Source: Octopus vulgaris
Lineage: Eukaryota
Direction: 5' to 3'
DNA length: 64,000 nucleotides
NCBI GenBank assembly: GCA_951406725.2
Contig: OX597830.1
Span: 61,566,001 to 61,630,000, forward strand
Shown: positions 54,142-64,000 of the stretch, piece after piece
Layout: each line of letters starts with the position of its first letter
Numbering within the stretch: position 1 is the first letter of the stretch
Notes under the pieces: model-generated
The model's input: only the letters and a program-made list of their open reading frames with translations
Told to the model about the DNA's origin: nothing
Databases searched by the model: none
Position numbers and translations under genes: made by a program

Positions 54142-54308
54142 ACAACATCCATCCATGAATTTATTTATTTATTAATTTTTAAATACATATTTTATCTGTG
54201 AATTTGCGTGTGTAATCTGGGAATGTATACAATGAGCTTCTCTGCCCTAGGTGTATGGAAAACACTCGGCGAGAGACAGAAGAAAATTTGAAGAAAGAAG
54301 GAAAAAAC
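54142..54308 (+). mobile_element. 3' UTR remnant of a second Dong-like family
   Basis: Shares GCCCTAGG..ACACTCGGC..AAATTTGAA with the 56460-56520 3' UTR; flanked by (AAT)n. Confidence 0.7.
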
Positions 54309-54312
54309 AATA

Positions 54313-54420
<108 letters not shown>

Positions 54421-54432
54421 ATAATAATAATG

Positions 54433-54489
<57 letters not shown>

Positions 54490-54490
<1 letters not shown>

Positions 54491-56533
54491 GGATTGACTA
54501 TAAAAAGGCCTTCGACAGTATACCGCATCCATGGATCTTGAGATCACTGGACATCTTCAAAATTTCCCCTGTGATTTCAAACTTCCTGAAGCACAATATG
54601 TCGTTGTGGAATACGAATCTCCAATTATACCACTCTAATGGAGTACTTGCCTCAGAAAATATAAACATGAACTGTGGAATTTTTCAAGGTGACTCACTTT
54701 CACCTTTAATATTCTGCATAGCCCTAATACCCCTTACAAGTAAATTAAACAGAACAGGGTATGGGTATAAAATTGCCAATAAAAAAATAAGCCATTTATT
54801 TTATATGGATGACTTAAAACTTTATGGTAAAGACAATAATGAACTTGAAGGCCTATTGTGCACTGTGAAAGCATTCAGCGATGACATCGGGATGGAGTTT
54901 GGACTTGAGAAGTGTGCCAAGGCCACTTTCCAGAAAGGGAAAGTGAAGACCACAAATTCAGTCGTGTTAGATGTTGACACAGTCATAAGAGAGCTTGAGC
55001 AAGAACAAACATACAAATATTTAGGGATAAATGAGGGCTCTGGTATTCAGCATGCAAGCATGAAAGAGAAGATCAGGAAGGAATGTTATAGGAGAGTTCG
55101 TGCAGTCCTGAAATCTGAACTAAATGCACGTAACAAGGTGTTAGCTATAAATTCCTTAGCAGTTCCAGTTGTTACTTATAGCTATAATGTGTTGAACTGG
55201 AATATGAGTGAAGTAAAGAATATAGATAGGAAAATACGCAAGCTGCTGAGTTGTAATAGGATGCACCACCCAAAGGCAGACGTAGATCGCCTTTACCTTC
55301 CCAGAGCCCAAGGGGTCGAGGCCTGATCCAATTTGAACTAGCTTACAAAACAACCACAATTGGACTGGCCAAATATCTCGAAATATCGAATGACTGGATG
55401 CTAAAGCTCGTGGAAAATCACGAGAGACGAAAGAAGCTTCATTCTATTATAAAGGAAAGCAAAAAATTTGCTATTGATCTCGTGCAGGATACCCAAACAG
55501 AACAACCCGAGGGAAGTACGGCAATTATTGTTGCAAAGAAGGTGAAAATAATGGCAACGAAAAAGCGCACGAGCAATTGGCTGATAGGTGGGAGGAGAAA
55601 CCTCTGCACGGCAAATATGTGACCCGCAGCAAACAAGCTGATGTTGACCAGAAGCAAACCCATCAGTGGCTACGGAGCTCGGGGCTAAAAGCAGAGAGCG
55701 AAGGTTTCATCCTGGCTGCTCAAGATCAAAGCCTATTAACCCGGAACTACCAGGCCAATGTGATGAAAATGGAGCAGACCCAAAATGCCGATTCTGCAAC
55801 GACATGATTGAAACAGTGGACCACCTAATCTCTGGATGTAAAGTCTTAGCTCCAGTGGAGTATAAATTAAGACATGACAGAGTTGGCCAATATCTCCACT
55901 GGCTAATAAGTCGGCATTACAATATCAAAACTGCCGACAAGTGGTATAATCACCACCCTGAGGCTGTAACTGAAGGAGAAAATGTAACCATTCTGTGGGA
56001 CTTTCCAGTACATACAGATCGAACCATCAAGGCCAATAAACCAGATATTGTTGTGAAAGACCAAAACAATAAAGTTTGCTTATTGATCGACATGAGCATC
56101 CCCTGTGATCATAATATCTCAGCGAAAGAGTTTGACAAGCTCAGAAAATATAAAGACCTACTCATTGAAATTGAGAAAATGTGGCATCTCAAGGCGGTTA
56201 CAATACCAGTGATCGTAGGAGCACTAGGAATGATCAAGAAGGGAACCGAAAATTATATGAGAATGATCCCTGGCTTACCATCCCTGCAAGAAGTGCAAAA
56301 GATTGTCTTAACTGGTACATCACACGTATTGAGAAGAGCATTGTCGATGTGAGAACTGTTGCTGCTCATGTATTTTAATTTAACTTTAAAAAAAAAAAAA
56401 TTTTTTTTAAATGAACGAACTATTGAGTTTGGTTTAATGGCCTACCAATGTATACTATGAGTTTCTTTGCCCTAGGAGTCGGGAAGACACTCGGCAAGAA
56501 ATGGAAGCAAATTTGAAAGAAGAAAAAAAAAGT
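54490..56533 (+). mobile_element. R4/Dong-clade LINE, 5'-truncated within RT; RT, CCHC, RLE and 3' UTR present
   Basis: IDYKKAFDSIPH, GIFQGDSLSPLIF, HLFYMDDLKLY, YKYLG, CRFC..ETVDHLISGC, RHD, KPDIVV, LIDMSIP, K..KY.DL, PVIVGALG; stop at 56352; both ends in (AAT)n. Confidence 0.95.
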
Positions 56534-57183
56534 AATAATAATAATAATCATTACTAGCTTAGGTAATAAATGTTTCATTTACATTTTGCCTTTTGAGTTA
56601 GCCGGTTAGATCAACTTAATTTACAAATATTTATATTAACAGTCTTTGAAAGATGAAACACAAGTCGACATCGGCCACATTTTATTTTATCTTATTTTTT
56701 ATAAAGTGTCATAGCGGTGTTTGTGTGTTTGGAACTGTATGGAAGTGCGAAACAAAAATGATGTTGATGCGAATTACTAGCTCTCTTTTAACATGACTGG
56801 CTCTTCGTTGTCCAACCAACTGAACTTCCTACTCGTTGAATCAGTGGCCAAATGGCCGAGCATTTCACCGGCACGACGTAATAATCAGGTAGAATCAGTG
56901 CAACACTGTGTGACAAGGTTATGTTCTGAACTTACAGATTGAAGAATCCAACTCACGGGTTTCCATATAGTTTCTGTCCACCCAAGTAAATTTGCGAGGC
57001 ATAGGTCGACACGAAGCTATAGCAACTGGCAATAATACAGATATATATTATTTTGCTTTTAAACTGTTATAGAATTATTGTTATTTTTTCATCAAGTTCA
57101 AGCGTGGTAAAAGGTGTGTTTGAGGTGATACGAATGGTGGGTAAGTGTGTAGCGGTAACGCTGTTTAAGTATAACATTGAACA

Positions 57184-57346
57184 TGCGCTGGCGTGGCTGT
57201 GTGGTAAGAAGCTTGCCTCCCAACCGCATGATTCCGGGTTCAGTCCCATCGCGTGCCATTTTAGGTAAGGGCCTTTTACTATAGCCTCTGGCCGACCAAG
57301 ATTTTGTGAGTGGATTTGGTTGACTGAAATTGAAAGAAGCCAGTCG

Positions 57347-57405
<59 letters not shown>

Positions 57406-57650
57406 ACATGTGTGTGTGTGTCTGTCCGTCTATCTGTCTTTTGTCTGGGTTTGTCCCCACTACCACTACTTGATAACCGGTGCTGGTGTATTTACGTTCC
57501 CGTAACTTTACTGTTCAGCAAAAAGAGACCGATAGAATAAGTTATACGCTTTAAAAATAAGTACTGATTCCGATGCATTCGATTTAAATGTCTTCAAGGC
57601 GATGCTCCAGCATGGCTACAATCTAATGACTAAAGCAATTGAAAGATAAA
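57184..57650 (+). mobile_element. SINE family A (older copy)
   Basis: GTGGCTGTGTGGTAAG..GGTTCAGTCCC head, internal (TA)(TG)n, ..GCTCCAGCATGGC tail. Confidence 0.85.
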
Positions 57651-57779
57651 GGATGCCAATGGTGTTTTAAAAACTGTTGGTGATAGGATATGAGCTGTTG
57701 ACGTGGAAAATGATTAGGCTAATGACTCTTTCTAATTTAGGTAGAGTCATAGAGGAAAAGATAAGCCGACAGCATTGTC

Positions 57780-57930
57780 CTCGGTACTTGATTTATAATT
57801 TATTTATCGAATCCAAAAGATGAAAGTCGAAGTAGGCCTCGGCCGGATTTGAAATCAGAACGTAAATTCGGAATAAATAGTGCAAAGCATTTTTACTGAC
57901 ATTCTCACGATTCTGCAAGCGCCGCCTTGA
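57780..57930 (-). mobile_element. SINE family B, diverged (similar remnants at about 25250-25390, 58880-59010 and 59140-59305)
   Basis: Reverse complement of the family B head and core. Confidence 0.65.
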
Positions 57931-58239
57931 TAATGAATTGTTATTAATATCGTATCGTTGTCACATTATTATGATTTAGTTCTGACGGTGCTTCGCTTTA
58001 GAACGTTGAGATTGTAAGCGAAGTTGCTGTGGTTACTCAGTAATTTTGAGTTATAAATATAACCGCATACAAATAATTGTATTTTGATATACATCTTCCG
58101 TCGAACACACCCACACAGACACGTGTGGGTGTATTTGCCTGTGTGTGTTCGTGTAGCGTATGTGTGTGTTTGCTTGAGTGTTTGCCTGGACATAGATATA
58201 TCATATACATACAAACAACTTTCATTATAATTGCAACAG

Positions 58240-58450
58240 AAAATGACTTCCTCCCATGTCGCTGTTCCACTTCCGGTGATGCAATTCACCCACAAGAAAA
58301 CTATCATTTGTTCAGTTTCAGATGTTTTTTTTTTTCACTATTAAGTTATCAGACATAGTTGTGTCCGAGGGGAGAAAAAGTATATAATACTTCCGACAGC
58401 TGGACGCCATTTTGGTCAGTCAGCTTGCCACCCACTGTGTCACTGATTAA
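58240..58450 (-). promoter_or_regulatory. Candidate TATA-less promoter or first-exon region (YY1- and ETS-like motifs)
   Basis: CGCCATTTT at 58405-58413 (AAAATGGCG on minus), ACTTCCGG at 58269-58276 and ACTTCCGA at 58389-58396, in non-repetitive sequence; motif evidence only. Confidence 0.25.
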
Positions 58451-59713
58451 ACAACTGAACCATTTCTTATAAACATTTATACATCTACACATGTACTGTA
58501 ATTAATTTTTCCTCAGGTACATATGTACAAAGAATAACAGCCCGGGACAGAACTTTCTCATAGGATTTACCCAATAAAAAGGATTCTCTTTAACCGCGAA
58601 TAGAAACCACCTAACAAGTCTCAAATCAGTTCGAATGTACTTCTGGTTCGTTTGTAACCCATATTTATTACAGAAGTAAAAACAACTCTATCAACATGGA
58701 GCGATGCAAAGAGAAATACTTTATCGTGCCACTTAACTAGAAATAACAGCCGAATCTTCTTCACATCATACACTACTTACAGTCTTGGAAGAAGGATACA
58801 GTGGTTAAAATAGTCCGAAATATACTATAGCCGATAAGAATATGTGGTGGACACAGCTGGTTTCTGATTTAATCACAAAGTCAACAATCTTGAGAGGGGG
58901 GGATTAGTCGATGCGACTAAACCACGGACTGCACTGGTACTTATTTTATCAACCCTGGAGGAATGAATAACAAAGTTGATCACGATAGGAATTGAACTCA
59001 GAACACAAAAGCCGGGAGAAAGTATAAAGAAGCAGAAGAAATACCACAAGGCACCCTCCTTCCCATCATCATCAGCTGTTAGCATTTCTGCCTAATTATG
59101 ATGATGATGATGATGATGATGATGATTCTTTTTAATGTTTGCGAGAGGGTTAGTCAGTTACATCAACCGCTATTCATGACTGGTACTTATTTAACGAAAG
59201 GTAAAAGGCAAAGTCGACCTCTGCGATATTTGAACTCAGAACATAAAGACGGATGAAATACCGCTAAGCATTTTTCCTGACACGCTAAAGCTTCTACTAG
59301 CTTACCTTTAATTAGTTAATTAATTAATTAATTAATTGATAATAAAAGTAATGATTATTTGTAAATACTTTCAAGTAAAGATGTCTAATTTCGTTTCTTA
59401 TTGGTAACAAATCAGTTCGTTTTAGATGGAACAATCAGCAAAAGCATTTTGGAGGTAACCATCCTGTATTTGTTTCCATTATTCTTTAGGAAGGAGAATC
59501 TTGGGAGAGTTGGGTCATTTTTTGCATTTCAATATGATACAGATTCTCTGTGCATAAGAAAGAATGCTTTACCAACTTGTAACGTTCATAGACTTGTAAC
59601 GTATACATGCCAGGGATATAGTTTCAAATGGGTGTAAACTGAAACAGGAACATGCTTTTTAAAGGGTAGTGATTTGACCCAACCCTCTCTGGGGTGATGA
59701 GAGTTGGGACATG

Positions 59714-60550
59714 TATAGGGGAGAGTTGGGACACGGGATGATTTGAGATAAATGATATTTTAATTTATTGTTCAAGCAATAATAAATCTCTGAACGGTTT
59801 TCATCGAAAACCGGTGATTGTCGTCCGCTGAGGACAGGTCAATACCTAGAAACTGCAGTCCGTGCGTATCACTTAGGTTGACGAGGGAAGGATGACCCCC
59901 CTTTGCAAATACCATAAGTGCACAGAAAGTGTGCCTAAAGCCAGCTGGAAACGATGTTCTCCTGGGGCTACAAGCTACAGTAACACCCACCCTTAGTGGT
60001 TAGCCATATTGAGATGGCTGAGTATACCTCACAATTTATTGTCCGCTAAGATGAAATACATAACAACATATAAATGATCTGTGCTTTATTTTGAAGCGTT
60101 CAACATTCGGATTAGCAGTTTCGGTGAAAGTTGATGGTTGCTGTGAAATGTTGGGTGACTGTCATTGAATAAGAAACTGGTGTTTCTTTAAAACTTGATT
60201 GGAGAACATCTGCTTTGTTTTCACAAAATGATACCGGAAGATCTCGATCTGTAACTACTGCAGGTGCAAACTCTGTCTCACAGAACACATCTTGATTAAA
60301 GGTATAAATTCCCGTTCGTTGAAACTCAGAGATAATGTTTTGAGCTGTAAGACCATGTATCTGAGCATGTGAAACAAACTCAGGAATGTCATATATTGTA
60401 ATCGACTTTCCGGGGTGGGAACGCATCCAGTTATCAACCACTCGATTATATGCCGTCTTGAATGACTTACAGCAGCTCACATCCAACGGTTTGAACTTGT
60501 GGCTTGTGTGAGGTAGGATTCTTAATAATATCACACCATTTTTTTTTGGC
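59714..60550 (-). mobile_element. pogo/Tigger-like (DDE_1) transposase 3' remnant with a possible terminus
   Basis: KNGVILLRILPHTSHKFKPLDVSCCKSFKTAYNR..TAQNIISEFQRTGIYTFN (cf. LPPHTSHxLQPLDV..F...K); candidate end TATAGGGGAGAGTTGGGACA near 59714 with repeated GAGAGTTGGGACA motifs. Confidence 0.8.
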
Positions 60551-60631
60551 GGGGGGCTAAAGATCCAACAATTACGTGTATAAATACTCGCTGATATTGT
60601 TTTATTATTAATAATTATTATACATTTTAGT

Positions 60632-60844
60632 CGACGAGCTGGCACAATGGTTAGCATGCCGGGCAAACTGCTTAGTGGCATTTCGTCTATCTCTAGGTTC
60701 TGAGTTCAAATTCCGCCGAGGTTGGCTTTGCCTGTCATCCTTTTTCGGATCGATAAGATAAGTATCACTTGAACTCTGTAGTCGCTGTAATCGACTTAGT
60801 CTCTCCCACAGAATTGCTGGTGTTGTGCCAAAATGTGAAACCAA
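60632..60844 (+). mobile_element. SINE family B
   Basis: GACGAGCTGGCACAATGGTTAGC head plus core. Confidence 0.8.
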
Positions 60845-60846
60845 TA

Positions 60847-61069
60847 CAGTTATCCCTCGACTATCGCAGGTGACACGTTCCGATAGGTGAAAATCCGCGA
60901 AGTAGAAACAGTAATTTGTATATATATATATATATATTTATTTTTTTTTACTTTAATAATTTGTTTATATTTATTTTATTATAAATGCAAAACAACACCA
61001 CGGAGGAATCGACAGAAGCTTAAGTAATAAACGGCGATAGGTGAACCGCGATATGACGAGGGATTATTG
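60847..61069. mobile_element. Tc1/mariner-Tigger-like MITE
   Basis: Imperfect TIRs CAGTTATCCCTCGACTATCGC / GCGATATGACGAGGGATTATTG, preceded by TA; no ORF. Confidence 0.75.
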
Positions 61070-61715
61070 CATCTTGAAGATTGCGAGCTGGCAGACTCTT
61101 TAGCACGCCGAGCTAAATGCTTAGCGGAATTTCTGAGTTGAAATTCCACCGAGGTCGATTTTGTTGTTTGGGGGTCGATAAAATAAGTACCAATATCTAT
61201 TATGGCATTAGACGGAACAAGAAATTATCAGTAGAATGAATTACTATGGGATTCTTGAGATTCTTCAAAGAGGAAGGCTAAATACCTGCAGCTTTTAATT
61301 ACAGTCCATTTTACGATCTGAGCTTAAATTTTACTCAGGTTAATGTGTTTCTTTTTCTTTCCGGGGTAGATAAAATAATATACTAGACAAATACATGAAT
61401 AGATTTGATATTCCTATAAAGTAAACTCTGTGAAGGGAAGTATAATAGACATTAATATCAAGTGAAGACATGGTTGTTAAACCCAGCTCAACCTTTATCC
61501 AGCACGTATGTAAGTATTGAAAGCGCGACCATACCGACTCTTTCAGATATGGTGGATTGAGAATGATATGACTCAAAGTTTCCTTCCGTTTTTAAAAGAG
61601 AAAGATGTGTTCTCATGGAGGTTGGCTGCTATTTCTAATTACTTCCAAAGGCAGTACATATTCCTTATTTCTGATGGCTATAAAATCAAAATACAACAGG
61701 ACTAGGAGCGAGGTT

Positions 61716-61886
61716 GTCGTTACGTTCTGAGTTCTAATTCCGCCGAGGTCGACTTTGCCTTTCATCCTTTCGGGGTCGATAAATAAATTACCAGTTTCCC
61801 ACTGGGGTCGATGTAATCGACTTAATCCCTTTGTCTGTTCTTGTTTGTCCCCTCTACGTTTAGTCCCTTGTGGGCAGTAAAGAAAT
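61716..61886 (+). mobile_element. SINE family B, 5'-truncated (another fragment at 61082-61192)
   Basis: Core and AAAGAAATA tail nearly identical to the 19293 copy. Confidence 0.88.
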
Positions 61887-62800
61887 ACATTTTAGAAACG
61901 TTTATTGCATAACACATTTAGAAGAAACCCTTCATTTAATTCTACATAAGTTTTTAAAATAAACCTAAAAGAATAATCCAGTAATCCCTTTATCCTTTCG
62001 AGAAAGGTTAAAATTACTTATATTGATAGATTTTTTCTCTTCATGCTTCACTGATCTACAGATGTCATTAGATGTAATTCGAGACTCTGTTCCACTAAAT
62101 TCCGGAAGACGTGTAATAATAGAGGTGCTATTTTTAGCTCGCGCAGTCCTGCCACAGATATAAATACAATTTTGATAATTTCATTTGGAATTATACACTA
62201 GTTTTGAGTTTATGAGCATCAAACAAAGATCATTAATCACATTAGAAATATTAGAGTAATCAGCAACGACAAGGGGTATCATAAGAAGTTAAGACGTCTA
62301 AAGTTGCAGGCAAAGTTGCTTTGACTTACTAATGTTGTAATGTAATGATTGGCAGCAGTGAAAGAACAGTCAGCATGTAAATAGAGACAATAAACACACG
62401 GACAACAAATGCATTTTACAAAGTAATGACGTATAAATCTAATCAAATTTCATATATTCGCCCCCAAAAAGCAAACTAAACGTCTAAACATTTGTCTACC
62501 ATAGCGATGAAGCAATTACATTTTACATGCGGAGATAAGATGCGGAAGTCAGGAAACGTTGATGGATTTTGGACCCTTATTGTTCCAAACCAACTGTAAG
62601 GGACTACTAATATATGAAAATGGAAAAGAATCTTAAAAGAGTCTGAGAACATATTCGTGTTCTAACGACAATACACAGGCGCGCGCGCACGCACGTACAC
62701 ATACACGCACATATGCGCGCACACACACAAACACGCATTCACGCACACACAAAAACACGAGCGTCAAATTGATACCGACTCAATGTTTATTTTGGCTCTA

Positions 62801-63105
62801 GGATAACTGCCACCGGAAAAATTTCCACTGAGATAATTACCACTCGGAACATTGCCCATGTGGGGAAATTGCAACTGGGATCACTGTCACTCAGAACATT
62901 GCCTATGTGGGGAAATTGCAACTGGGAACACTGTCACTCGGAACATTGCCCATGTGGGGAAATTGCAACTGGGAACACTGTCACTCGGAACATTGCCCAT
63001 GTGGGGAAATTGCAACTGGGAACACTGTCACTCGGAACATTGCCCATGTGGGGAAATTGCCACCGGGAAAACTGCTTGGTAGGAACATAGCAACAGGGAA
63101 ATATT
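62801..63105 (+). repeat. 47-bp minisatellite (4 full units plus 1 partial) built from about 15-bp subunits
   Basis: Unit CGGAACATTGCCCATGTGGGGAAATTGCAACTGGGAACACTGTCACT starts at 62845, 62892, 62939, 62986 and 63033; flanks are diverged GGAxAATTGCCACxG monomers. Confidence 0.92.
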
Positions 63106-63236
63106 CAGTAAAATTTTACTTTCACACACGTCAACAATAATAAATGAAATATGTGTGAGTGTGTGTGTATGTATGTGTGTGTGTGCCTATAGATGTGGAT
63201 GTATGTGCATGTATACATGTGTTAGTATGTATATAC

Positions 63237-63309
<73 letters not shown>

Positions 63310-63916
63310 GAGAGAGAGGAGAAAGTTAGAGGTTGTTGTAACTGACTGAGGGATAAAATATCCGTATATACTATCAGTATACGTTACCTGTGTTAAACCC
63401 GGGCAATGGCGTGCAGGGACACCATATACGTCGAGCGCAGGTAACAACAGGATAAACAAAAGTTTTTCAGGAACCAATGCAGATAATTAGAAAATGGAGA
63501 AAAACATAGATTAACCAGCGCATCGATCGGACTGCATTTTAAAGCATATTTATTGAAACAATGCAAGGCAATACAAATCTAACAGCTGTTTCTGATCAAA
63601 CTACCAGAATGCAGTCTATGCATAAATGCCAGGATAAAATTCTTCGTCTTCATAGGGAATTCGAAGTAAGGCAACATGTCTTTATCAGAATGAAAAACAA
63701 GAGCATACAATATAAACAAAAGGAAGAAGGAAAATGAAAGAAGACATGGTATAGACAATAAATCTAGAAGCCCAATATGTTAAATGCACATAGTTATTTA
63801 CCATCAGGGCTGAAAGAGCGTAGATGAGAGAGTGAGCTATTAAAGGACTAGGGAATACTACAAATTATTAACGGGAGGGTACAGCTAGGAGTTGGGACCA
63901 GGGTATTAAAAAGAGA

Positions 63917-64000
63917 AGGCGGCGAGCTGGCAGAAACGTTAGTACGCCGGGCGAAATGTTTAGCGGTATTTCGCCTGTCTTTACGTTCTGAATTCAAGTT
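63917..64000 (+). mobile_element. SINE family B head (runs off the window)
   Basis: GGCGGCGAGCTGGCAGAAACGTTAG. Confidence 0.85.

Noticed and set aside
62845-63070. Possible CRISPR array
   Set aside because: Units are contiguous with no unique spacers, there are no cas genes, and the context is eukaryotic.

Overview
AT-rich eukaryotic DNA, dense in microsatellites and made almost entirely of transposon remnants. The three recurring tRNA-derived SINE families and the (TA)n/(CA)n/(ATGT)n/(AAT)n load suggest an octopus (coleoid cephalopod) genome; this is inference from pattern recognition, not a database hit. I cannot support any host protein-coding exon, and most ORFs in the track are microsatellite artefacts. 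Recognisable elements: Helitron RepHel fragments, Penelope-like elements (PLEs; RT and GIY-YIG), R4/Dong-type and HERO/NeSL-type RLE LINEs, two Tx1/L1-clade LINEs, RT-less Gypsy derivatives, a pogo-like transposase, MITEs and more than 20 SINE copies. The most interesting signal is a set of short, ORF-less cassettes in or beside (TA)n runs. Several carry minimal type I hammerhead ribozyme (HHR) motifs about 100 nt from the TA run, and several are long near-perfect fold-backs, one with an HHR core across its loop. These look like PLE pseudo-LTR/retrozyme-like non-autonomous elements that target TA microsatellites. A young Dong-like LINE cluster sits in one (AAT)n array and has a conserved 3' stem-loop. 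Coordinates were read by eye and element boundaries are approximate.
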